Shown in pieces: positions 37,321 to 48,547 of a stretch of 64,000 nt of DNA. The position numbers were made by a program, and so were the translations under genes. Source of the DNA: Massalongia carnosa (Eukaryota). Below the pieces are notes generated by a model. It made no database searches, had not been told where the DNA came from, and saw only the letters and a list, made by a program, of their open reading frames with translations. The stretch is taken from assembly GCA_965645245.1 (NCBI GenBank), contig OZ287078.1, positions 682,001-746,000 of the forward strand. The letters are read 5' to 3'. How positions within the stretch are numbered: the stretch's first letter is position 1; each line of letters begins with the position of its first letter.

Positions 37321-38800
37321 CGGAGGATGACACAAAAAGTCTTTGGATGCGCTAAGAATGGCACTAAGGATTTAGCGCTGCATCAATGCCCCTTTTCCAT
37401 ATTTGATTTATCATCTTTATTTTTCACATCAACCTCATTTTCAAACGATATAATGCATTGAAAATCAGGTCTATATGCAGACTTATGACATGATTAGTCT
37501 ACATCACTGCTATCAGATATAATGTCTTTGCGATAGCGAATGCGACGATCTTCGGAATTATATGGCCGGACCACACCATTGTCTCGACCCTCTCGATACT
37601 CGTTTCCTCCATTCAAAGCGATGACTTCTTCTATATGTCGTGGAATTCGTTCTATCCATTGCTGAATTTTTTTTTGTTTCAGAGTTTTTGTCCAGCACCG
37701 AGTCCATGCTTTGATAGCCGTAATGCGATTTCGAGGTGCTCCTTTTCGTGTGGTTTGCCTTTTCATCCAAGGCCAACATTGCTCGATCATGTTCAAATCA
37801 GGAGAATTACCTGGCCACAATAAACGCAAGACTTCTGCATCCATAAAGACCAGGTCTTGATGTTTGGAAGCATGACCAGGGGCCTTGTCCTCCTGCACAA
37901 TAGTATCGGGACGATCTTTTATACATTCTTTTGCAAACGGAAGAAGTTTGGGAAGAAGAATAGTTTTTTGATAACGATACCAGTCGCTGCCCCCTTTGCC
38001 TTTTCGAGCCACTTTTCCATGCTTTTCATCCCATTTCCAGACCGGTTTTCGACCTCCTTCGGTACGCAGTCCCATTCGTTTCATGCCTATTTCCAATTCC
38101 CAATTTTCTTTCGCTAGAGGCTCCAATGCCTTATTGATTTGTCGATTTCTCCTTGAGCGGCATGTTTTTCTGCCGCTGTCTCCGGCTTCCATATATGAAA
38201 AGGACCTTTCTTTTCATACGAAAAACAACCCCAAAACATGAATTCGGAACATCCTTTCCATCTACGTCGAATGCACGTTTGAGCATATCTTTCTTTTGGA
38301 GTTCGCCACTAGAGTCTTCGTCCTCTTCGAGAGCCTAATACAACACTAGTTTCATCGCTCCATATGACATTCTTCCAGTCATCGAGAGTCCAATGACGAT
38401 AACGCAAACAGAATTGCAATCGAGCCTCTTTCATTGCTGAATCAAGGCCTGGTTTCATGGTAGATTTGCAGGGACGAAAGTTATTGCGTCGAAGAATATT
38501 GAGAATAGTTGTAGATGAGACTCCGTGCTCATATCCCAAAACGGCTGAGGATTTTTCTCTATCATTTCGATCATGACGAACGTTGTCTAAAATGGCCTGT
38601 TCTAGCTCAGACGTCACTTTAGGAGGACGTCCTGAACGACATGCATCTTCTACGTATTCTACATTCAATATTCGCGAAACAGTGGGATCATATCTTCGAT
38701 CTCGTGCCTTGCGCTTGATATAACTGATAGACTGAGTTGAGACTCCGGTGACTGCTTGAACGACTTTGACTGCTATGCCCCAACTGACAGACACAAGGAT
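37321..38800 (-). mobile_element. Tc1-like (DD34E) DNA transposon, 5'-truncated, with pseudogenized transposase
   Basis: SGRPPK, WKNVIWSDET, VQEDKAPGH, WPGNSPDLNMIEQCW (34 aa between D and E); in-frame TAG at 38309-38311 and a 1-nt frameshift near 38140; putative terminus TA|CGGAGGATGACACAAAAAG at 37321; matching TIR not found. Confidence 0.85.
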
Positions 38801-38806
38801 TAGCTA

Positions 38807-40185
38807 CAGGGGGGGAGGGGGGGGGGGCGGAAGAAGCGGGAAGATAGAAAGTGGGGAAAAGATACTTTATTTTGTTAGCAATTTGCGTACAATTTTATGT
38901 ATCTCCTACTCTACTAGCTAGGTGTTTATCCAAGCTCTCGTCGCATCACCAAATATCGTTTGACTCGCCGGTCTTTTCGATGATGACATGGACGTATCAG
39001 ATAAAGAGATCTCTTCTTGTAGTAGTCTATCCTCCATCTCACAAAGATCCGTCTCATTGATGTCGATGCTAGCAAACTGAAGCTTGCTTTTGAAATCTGT
39101 TGGCCGATTAAGAGTACGCTCATTCATGTAAATAAACATGAGTTTATCGACATTGATGGAATGTAGAGAGTTCCGACTTTTGGTCATGATCAAATTCATG
39201 ACCGACCAATTTCTTTCTGCCAGCACCGAATTAGCAGGCAGCATTATTACCTTTCTAGCTATGTTGCTGAGATCAAAAGCAAAGCTTCTGGAAAAGTTCC
39301 AAAACAGCTCCGAATCCGTTTGATATGTCCAGCATTCGGAGGCAGGATAAAAACCGTCTTCTTGATTTCGAAAAGAAAGCCATTGCTTCATTGCCGACTT
39401 TGCTTCTTCAACGTTCAGATATTCAGCAAAGAATCTATGCATGATAGAGAAAAATGCCTGCGACGTGGATACTCCAATCACCTGAATGTTATGATTCTGA
39501 GGAACCAACAGAGCTGCTACCACATGAAGTTCAGTTATTTGACTGAGATATCGATCTTCCCAAACTATCTCTGCAATGTGATGCAAATCCATCTCAGAAT
39601 CTTCATCCTCTTTGGCCATTGTATATAGGTGAGATCGAAGCCTGTTCCAATTGGCAGTCACCGCGTACAGTTTATGCCCCTCGGCCTCGGACATGTATTG
39701 TGCTTTATGTATGGGATCAAGAATTTTCTGTACGATGGCCAGCTTTTTCCAAAACGAGAAGTCGTTGACGAATGTTCCTAAAGGATGACTTCTGCCCTGA
39801 TCAATGCCCGGAGCATTTTGCTGAAAATAATCCAAAATTGCCTGCTTGCTTTTTAGCACCGAGTTCAAAAGGCCTACAGTCGTACCCCATCTGGTCAAAA
39901 CGTTGAGAATCAGTGATTGACGTTGATTGTATGCCTTTGAAAGTTATAAATTAGCAATGAAGTTTTGATGCCGCATTGAAATTTCATTCCTACTTACCTT
40001 CATCTGAAAATTCCATAGAATGGCCAATTCTTTATTCGATCCACGAAAAGCTACCACTATCGACTGAGCTTTTTGCATGATGTCTGCAAAAAAAGGAAGC
40101 TTCAAAATGTCTCCCAAAAGAAGCTGTAAACCGTGACTGTCGAAAAAGACGTGTCTCATCTCAGGAAACTTTCGAATTTCAGACC
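38807..40185 (-). mobile_element. hAT-superfamily transposon fragment (3' half of transposase, intron 39935-39997)
   Basis: HVFF-DSHGLQLLLGDIL; FQMK|AYNQRQSLILNVLTRWGTT; C-terminal dimerization-like MLPANSVLAERNWSVMNLIMTKSRNSL..DKLMFIYMN; stop 38918; G-rich CAGGGG.. putative terminus at 38807. Confidence 0.85.
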
Positions 40186-40222
40186 ACACGAGTATCTACG
40201 GAGGCTCCGTAGATACTCGTGT
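40186..40222. repeat. Perfect 18-bp inverted repeat with 1-nt spacer
   Basis: acacgagtatctacggag-g-ctccgtagatactcgtgt. Confidence 0.95.
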
Positions 40223-40946
40223 TTCACCCCTTTTTGCACTAGTACTAAAACGGAAAAGATTAGTGAAAAAAGTAAATCTTTGTATAATTGCTTCAAACTT
40301 TTTAGTATCATCAACTCATATAAATCATATACTTAACTACATGTTTTCTTCAAAATGAGAAATTTTCTTCGCTAGCGTAATGATTTTTGATTTTGTGATT
40401 ATTAAATCCTAAAGCTAATTTAGCGGCAACGTTTAACAGTGATGAACATTAGTGTCTAGCTGGATTTAATTGAATCGATATAATTGGATTGGATTGGGAT
40501 TAATTAGATAAACTGAAAAGGAGTAGTACTCTAAGTTAGATCTGATTAAGTGAATCGTCGATTTTAGTTAAGCTGAATTTACATCTGATTGACTGATTGA
40601 TTGATTGAATAATAAAAAAGACGAAGAAAAGGAACCAAGCCAAACCACCAATTAGACCGGGGAGTTACTTACTACCCAAAAATAACGTGATTATTAGATA
40701 TCTAGGTGGGTTCGCGCTCGAGTATACTCCAAGCGAAGGGGAGGGAGGCCAGCCATCCGATTATCAGAACGGTCGCTACGTTACAACTTTTTTTTAAAGT
40801 GAACGGGGCGGGGCGGGGCAACCTGTCTATCTATAACCCGCTATTCCATTTTCCCCCATGCCCGATCGAGAGACAAAGTCCTTCCAATGGTCATAGGCAC
40901 ACCCAGTCCTCCCGGGACTGGTTTTATTTACGATTTGCCACGCCTC

Positions 40947-42200
40947 TTACAGTAGCTTTTTCTGCAGCGATTTCGTCTCCTGTCCGTACTGCCTGTCGTC
41001 GTCGCCCTCCACCGCCTTCAGGACGGTTTCCATTTCCCGGCACTGCCGCTCCCACTCCGCCTTGCTCATCTTGCTTTCGCGCCGGAAGAGCTCTTCATTG
41101 GGTCGGCGGTAGGAGCCCCCAAGGCGGTCCCATAGCGTGGTGAATTGGCCGTAGTTGTAATTGAAATAAAGGTGATGCATTGTGTGGCACGCGGCACCGT
41201 TGATTATGGGGGAGTTGGCGACATATTCGCCATCGTCTAGTCGAAGAATTAAGGTTATGGTTGATTGTAGGAGGGCGAAGGGAAGGATAGGGGAAGGGGT
41301 AGTTGGGGGGTGTGATATGGAGCAGAGGAAAGAGAGACATACGAATGAAGACGGTCCATATATTGATGAAGATGAAGAGGACGATGTACGCAAACTTCTG
41401 GAGCGGAAAGATGTAGGGAAAGACGTGATAGGGCACGCTCTGAGCGAACCCGTCTAGTGGATGAAAGGCGTGGCTAGCGTAAGGTGTGGGCATGATCCAC
41501 TTGTGATGGGGTTTATGGAGTGTCTTGTAGATCTTCGGGTGGTGCAGGCCCCGGTGAATCCAGTAAATGAAGAAGTCGGTAAAAGCGATGAAAAAGGGGA
41601 ATTGTAAAAAACTATAGAGCGCAAACGGAGCGTCCGCGGGGATATCGTAGAGTTTGGCGTAGCCACGCACTTCGCCGAGAAAGAGGGGTGCGGTGAAGAT
41701 GGCCATGATGGGCAGGGCGATCATGGTTTGGCGGATCTCCAGAGAGACTTGGTTTTTAAGATATTTCGGGTGCGTGAAGGTCGCGTGGTCGAAGATGAAG
41801 ACATAGGAGAGGGAAGCGCAGATAAAATATATCACAAGGCCAAACAGCCTGACGAAGGAGAGTTAGCAACGAAGATAGCGACGCCCATATATCAATTGTC
41901 CTCCATCCGCTTAGAAAAGGAGGTAATTGGGAGGTTTCACCATGCTATTAGGTATAGACTTAAGCCCTGCCTCCAAGGACTATCGCGCGGCCAAACGCTC
42001 ATGAAAGCGTACCGAGTAGGCTCCAACTGGAAGAACTGATTGGAGGCGGGCAAGGTGGCAAATATCTTGTGTCCTGTCGAGAGAGTGAAGGTATCGTTCT
42101 GGACGGCATTGCCGCTGTGACCAATTGACGATACTGGAAGGACGGCGGCATATAAGCGATCAAAAATGAATGTATCGAACACTTCGAGGATGATGTCCAT
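40947..42200 (-). CDS. ERG3: C-5 sterol desaturase, 3 exons
   Basis: MDIILEVFDT..; His boxes IHRGLHH, LHKPHHKW, HTMHH; ASHAFHPLDG; FNYNYGQFTTLWDRLGGSYR. Confidence 0.96.
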
Positions 42201-42433
42201 GTTTGGGAGAAGATTGATGAGCGAAAGTTCGCAAACGAGAAGGGAAAAGAAAACACCGCCGTCTTACTCTATATCGTTCACCTTTCTATTCTTCCTCATC
42301 TGACAGTAAGCTCTAAATTCTAGTCACACCCGAACAGGCTTAGCTCAGCATCCCGATGCGTGCTAATTGTGCTTTACCTCAGTACCTCAGACATGTCTAA
42401 GCCCCTCAGGGTTAGCCTATTTTGTTAAGCTCC

Positions 42434-43760
42434 CACGCGGGTGACAAAATAAATTGCAACGTGTAAGCGAATTTACCCCTGAATGCCCCATCAAAACACC
42501 CTCCTTTTTTTCAACTTTTTATCTCATCATCAATGTCTCGACCCAAAAAGCCTCATTATGATACTCCCACAAAGGCCAAAGTTCAAGGAGCTTATCAATT
42601 TCTCATCTCACATGCAATTCCATTCGATCCACGGGCCATTTTTCAGGAATTTGGCGTGGCCGAGCGCGCGGGCTATAACATCATCAAAAGCGGAGCTTCT
42701 TCTCGCACACGTCACAATTCTTCTCTCGTTGAGACTCGGGGTCGAAAGCGAAATATTAGTGATGATCAGCTGAAGGAGGCAGATCAAATTCTACAGGATC
42801 AAGAGCTACAATTGGAAGGAAAACGCTACACATGGGATGCTTTAGCACAGGAGATTGGGGCCGACGTGATGGGACGTACAATGAAGAGAACTCTTACAGC
42901 TGCCTTGAATTATCACAAATGTCTAGCCTGTGTCAAAGGGTGGCTGGCAATGGCATCAGAAGAAAGAAGAGAAGAATTTGCTACAGTTATGTTAAATAAA
43001 TATCCTCGGTTCGAAGACTGGCATCGCGTACGATTCAGCGATGAGATTCATTTTGGCTACGGGCCTGAAGGACAGTTACGAATCATTCGTAAGCCCGGAA
43101 CAAGATATCGTTGGGATTGTATTCAGCATCGTGATGCACCACCTGAGAAAGATCGTAAAAGAAAGCACTGCTGGGCAGCAGTTGGTTACAATTTCAAGTC
43201 GGATATCTACTTCTACGATGTGCCCAGCAATAGCAATGGAAAAATGACTCATCAGGTGTATATTGACGCTATTCTTGATCCCGTTGTCAAGCCCTGGTTG
43301 GAGCGTGGAGATGACTTCGTACTTGAAGAAGATGGAGACTCTGGTCATGGCACGGGCAAGACACGAAACGCGGTCAAAAAGTGGAAGTTAGATCACGATT
43401 TAGAGCACTATTTCAATTGTGCTTCATCTCCTGATCTAGCCTCCATTGAAAATTGCTGGCAGCCCGCAAAGCAGCATGTTCGTAAATTTCCTCATTGGGA
43501 CGATGCAAGTTTGGAGCAGCTGATTAGGGAGGGATGGGCTCGAGTCAGTCAGGAATTTATCAATGAAAGGGTGTTATCCATGCCCAAAAGATTGAAAGAG
43601 GTAAAAGATGCAAAGGGGGCGATGACTGGTTATTGATCTCATGTAATTTATATGAATTTTATTAGCTATGCAGATGATGGTTGATGATGAGATGAAAATT
43701 TGAATAAAAAAGGGGGGGTAAATTCGCTTACACGTTGCAATTTATTTTGTCACCCGCGTG
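42434..43760 (+). mobile_element. Intact IS630-Tc1-mariner-type DNA transposon, 1327 bp, perfect 46-bp TIRs, non-TA flanking direct repeat
   Basis: TIR cacgcgggtgacaaaataaattgcaacgtgtaagcgaatttacccc at 42434-42479 and inverted at 43715-43760; GCTCC at 42429-42433 and 43761-43765. Confidence 0.93.
42533..43636 (+). CDS. Tc1-like DDE transposase, 367 aa, uninterrupted
   Basis: RGRKR; VRFSDEIHF; LEEDGDSGH; SSPDLASIENCW (38 aa between second D and E by manual count). Confidence 0.92.
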   Translation: MSRPKKPHYDTPTKAKVQGAYQFLISHAIPFDPRAIFQEFGVAERAGYNIIKSGASSRTRHNSSLVETRGRKRNISDDQLKEADQILQDQELQLEGKRYTWDALAQEIGADVMGRTMKRTLTAALNYHKCLACVKGWLAMASEERREEFATVMLNKYPRFEDWHRVRFSDEIHFGYGPEGQLRIIRKPGTRYRWDCIQHRDAPPEKDRKRKHCWAAVGYNFKSDIYFYDVPSNSNGKMTHQVYIDAILDPVVKPWLERGDDFVLEEDGDSGHGTGKTRNAVKKWKLDHDLEHYFNCASSPDLASIENCWQPAKQHVRKFPHWDDASLEQLIREGWARVSQEFINERVLSMPKRLKEVKDAKGAMTGY

Positions 43761-44333
43761 GCTCCTTCTGATTAGCGTCCCAGCTGACTAACGATAGCAC
43801 AAAAGCCCGCATAGTCAGCCTTAGCCGGCACGTCCGAGGTACTGAGACAAATTATGCTAAACCACTTTGGGAAGGAACCGGCATGCTGGTGGACTCAACG
43901 TCCTTCGTTCAACTTCCCCTATGAACATGCAGAGTACAGCTCTCAATGCTCTCGAAGCTCTAGATGTTCGCTTCACCTGCCAGGAGGTCAAAACTCAGTA
44001 GATCCATGATAGTGATAATTTTGATTACCTAATAACCTTTTAAATAGCTACTCGTATCAAGAACTAACCATAACTCAATCCTGTCTACATTTGTTGTACC
44101 ATAGAGCTGGTGGAAATATTGATATGGTATACAGTAAAGACTGGCTGTCGTGAAGTCTGATGTGCGCACGCTAAACAGGCGTAAAACCAAGTGACCACCC
44201 TTCACCCACCTGTTATCCAGTCGGGGGTTTTTTCTCTAAACCATAAACACCCCTTTCCCACGTACCCGGCCTGTGAATACCTGAACAGCATCCTGGCCGA
44301 CTGATATCGAAGAGATTTGCACGCCAATGACTG

Positions 44334-45801
44334 CTATCCGCTAGCCGAGCCCTCAATCTCATGATCAGCGCCAATCTCGGACGAAAATTGTGGGTCCTGA
44401 TCATCATTCTCGACCCCGCTGGAACAGCTGGAGTCGTCCTTGTCTTTGCCAGCATCCGAGATCTCGGACGTATCGTGGCTGCAGACATCGCTGCTACAGC
44501 TCCGGCTGCGTTGGTCCCCTTTCGAATCGTCATCGTCCTCCCTCAAGGTGGCAAATATTCGCCGATCCTTTCCGCGCCCTTTGATGCCTTTGTTGCTGTT
44601 CTTGTACAACGTGGCGAAATATTCCCACAGATCTTTGTCCATAGCTGACACCGAGTCCCCTTCTCTCATCGACGCGAACCTCAGGGTCAAGTTCCGTAGC
44701 GTATCGGAATGAAACTTGTTTTGATGAGACTAGGGCTATGTCAGCCATTGTGTTGGAAGCACGCCTTGGCAATCAGCATTCACCTTGAGATTTCCTAGCT
44801 GAGTGAATTGTTTGCCACAGCCCTCGAGCTTACACAAAAACGGCTTGACCTGCTCGTGCACAATCTTATGAGCGCGGACATTTCCTCGTTGGGCAAAGCG
44901 TTTGCCACAGCTATCGCAAGAATAGGGGCGTTCGCCGGTGTGGCGCCGCTCGTGAGTCTATGATAGATTAAACCCCTCGTCTTCCCTAGGATGCGGATTT
45001 AGTACCTTGAGATTTCCAAGCTGGGAGAAACGTTGACCGCAAGAAGCCTCCTTGCAAAGCTATCATGATATTAGCAACGGTTGATCAAGCCTTGTTTGAT
45101 CATTGAGAAGCACTGACGAATGGTTTGGATCCTGTATGCGCGCGTTCGTGGATCTCGAGATGGGTCTTTTGGAAAAACACCTTAGAGCAAGACGGGACTG
45201 TGCATTGATATTGCTTTCTCGATCTCCCAAATCCTTGGTTGGAATCATTGTAGCAATCACGGCCAATATGTGTGTCAGATCCAATCCTTACACTGCGTTC
45301 CACGGGATTATTCATGTCCGGAATTGGAGCTGCGGGCCGCCGGTTTCCGGATTTAGTTTGTATAGTTCGCATCAAAGTATCCACATCGGTACCGAAGTTA
45401 ATCTCACCGGCCGTCCTTAGCGATTGTTGCTGTTGTAGGGACATGTCATAAAACATGTAGGCTTCTTCGTCCAAAGCCTTAGTCTCGGGTTTCACCATCG
45501 GAGGATGACCCATGTTGACCGCTGGTCCTTGGATTTGTCTGACTTGGGAAATGTTCTGACTAGTAGGGTAAGAGGGTGTTAAATAGAGCGACTGCGGAGG
45601 GAAAATTCCGCAGTATGCATTCACAGAGGTGGCGGCCGCAGGTCCCGTATGATAGCCAACATTAGAAGGGGCATAGGACAAAGGGTATCCCAGCGCTGGG
45701 TTGGCGATCATCATGCTTCCATCGTATGCGGACACGGGGGCACGCCGAGGTGCGATTGAGTGGTTTTCAAATTCCTGCGCCAGCATCTGCGAAGTATCCA
45801 T
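44334..45801 (-). CDS. AZF1: C2H2 zinc-finger transcription factor, Azf1-like, 4 exons
   Basis: Four fingers CTVPSC..HERAH, CKEASC..HERRH, CDSC..HKIVH, CKLEGC..HQNKFH followed by [18 protein letters not shown]. Confidence 0.88.
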
Positions 45802-48547
45802 GCTGGCGATTTTTCTTGCTGGAGAGTCGACTGTTATTACAGAGTGCTAGATAAGAATGCTCTTTGGAACGAAGGGCTGGCTACCTCTGCGGCAGGAGAA
45901 AGATATCGAATCGGTGTAGTTGTGCTGGATGATAAGAACAAGAGGGATTACATAGGCTTCAACTCCCCACTACATGAATAAGATATAAACCGAAGCAGAT
46001 ATAGGTGGTACAGCAGAAGCATCAGCAACGCTTGGAACATGGATAATGGGATGCTGATGACGGATGCAGCTTTGGATTTAACAAGATTGGTCGAGTATAC
46101 TATAAACATAATTTTACTTAGACACCCAAAAGAAACTATGTTTCGTTTAATATTTAGACGCTTCCTCAAGTGCCACAAACTCACTTGAAACACATTTGAA
46201 AGGAGAGAGCGGGCGAACCCCCCACTACTCTGCGGGGGAGTTGAGGAAAGACAGCAACGAATTGGGGTTGTAGACTCATAGCGGAACGGGACGCATCTAA
46301 AAAGGTCAGAACGAGGAAAATCAAACACCTTCCTTAGCCAAGTAGGTACTTAATCCTACAGATGTCGATTGAAACTGGCGGACTGTTTCCCGCCACCGCT
46401 TGCACAAGCTGTTACCCTCAAGCCAGAGAGCGGGAAGGGAATTTGGAGTCGTGGAGCTAACAGCTGGCCTTTGCCGTAGGCGTTCTTTGCCCCTCCCTTC
46501 CTTTCCCCCAATGCACCCCCACTCAGGGCGCCACATTAGACCGGTACTTGCAACGATCTCCACCTATGAGCTTCCACCTATGAGCTACTGGTTGGGGTCT
46601 CCCAGCCTTAACGATGAGCGTGTGCCTCGTTACCATCACGGGCGTCTTAGGCCCGATCAGGCAAGAGGGATATAAGAGGGATATTAGGTAAACAAAGAAC
46701 ATGGCGCTGGGGTCTTATCACCCCCCTCAGTGTGAGCATCGTCTTCCCACCGACCAGTGTTGTTTTTACTTTAGTAGTTTGTAGACCCTACCGCGGGCAA
46801 ACTGAATGATCGAGATATGCTGTAGATAGTGATGCCAAAGCCACAGGTCAAATCGTAACTTTATGATAATGCGGGGAGGACGTTTGCAAATACGATATGA
46901 AGCGGAGTTCGCTAGTTAACGCAAATCCTCGGAGCTTGAGCACTGATTGAATATGCATGACTCGGTCAAGTCAGCGTTCTCCTACTCCTTCGTACTGCTG
47001 CTCTTCCCACTAATGGAGCGACAATGGATTTTAATGTCAATAGGACCCCAGCATCCGGCAAACGAAACCGGTATTAATCCAACCGTTAGACTTGACGGCG
47101 ATTTGGGTTCTTTGCCGATTTCGATACGATTTGGCAGCTTGGCGTGATCGTAGAATCGAGTCGGACGGTAGATGGAGATTAGACTTCCTCTGTATAGCAT
47201 AGCTCAACTCATGAGATATCCTTTGGGTAGACCATTTTCGGTCGGTACATCTGTACTCTGTAGGGGTTTGGCGGTACTTCTGTACCTTGCACCAGAATGG
47301 TACAGGGATGAGGGAAGCTTCCAAAACGTTCTATTCTTCCTTGCCAAATCCTTCTGTCGTCACTTTGCACTCGTCATTCGTTACTCGAACAGGTTATTGG
47401 GCCACTTTCTACTGTTCGCAGCGGATCTTCATTGCGCTACGGGCCGGACGGGATGATGTGAACATTCGATGGTGATAGGTCCAGTTAAGGGGAAGAGGGG
47501 TTCTTTAGTAAGTTTCAGAGTCAAGCCATTGCCCTCTTCCCCCCTCCCCTTACTCATACATAGATGACAGTTGTCAAGCCTCATCAAATTTCCATCAGAA
47601 ATTCTCCGTACCAGAATGCGGTACGATCCATATACGATGTATCGAATATGGATACAGAGTGCTCTACTACGTACGCCACAAGGTAATCCTAAGCCCATTC
47701 TTGTATGTATCCCTAACCACAGAATGTTCTGAGAAGGGAATTAAACAAGACCAACAGTATGTCCAAGTCAAATGATGCTCAAGTAGACCGGGTAATCGGA
47801 CAATTTGTAACGCAACTCGTCAAATGAATTGCAGATCGAGTTCTCGTGCCTGTCTCTGGTTGTTCTACGTCCAGAGCAACTAATGTCAAGACTAAGCCGG
47901 TTGGTACTTCACTTGCCGCCATTTGGCTGCACATGCTCCTCCTGCAAATCGCTTTCATCTCGTTATAGATGGTTATCAACTCCTCCGTGCTGTACGGACT
48001 CCCATCGTCACTTGACACATACAACTATCATCGTGCATGACTATCGTTCGTTCATCTCGTTTTGAAGGAATCAACGGGTCTATCGTTAACGCCCTACCGT
48101 TAATCCCTCATGCTCCGCGTAAACATACGTGCAAGATAAGGCTTGCTCACAATCGGCGTTACCTTACCTCGCAGTGCCCTAACGAACTATCTTTGATTCA
48201 TCCAATACTCGTAGCCATACATCAAAGACACGGTCATGCTTCACTATCCCCTTTGAAAGATTCATGGCAGCCCTTGCATCGCCCCAAAATGACTCCTTCC
48301 TCGTCCCTGCCGCTGTCCTTCGTCCCATTCAAGCGCAAACCCTCACTCACTAGCCGATGACAGAAATCTAAGTGCAATGTTGGAAACGAACAAGCAGTGG
48401 CTTACAATAGCGGGAAAGTCTTCACGTTCCACCACCTGACTACGGCCACATTGCCCTAGCTATTAGCATTAGATACCTGTCAAGTGAACTGTGCAGTAAG
48501 CCATTTGATGCCTAAATAGGCCGTTTAGAACCTAGTAGCGTATTTTT

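Noticed and set aside
45948..48360. Short ORFs between AZF1 and TUP1
   Set aside because: No motifs or coherent exon chain; consistent with the long promoter of a transcription-factor gene plus the TUP1 3' UTR.
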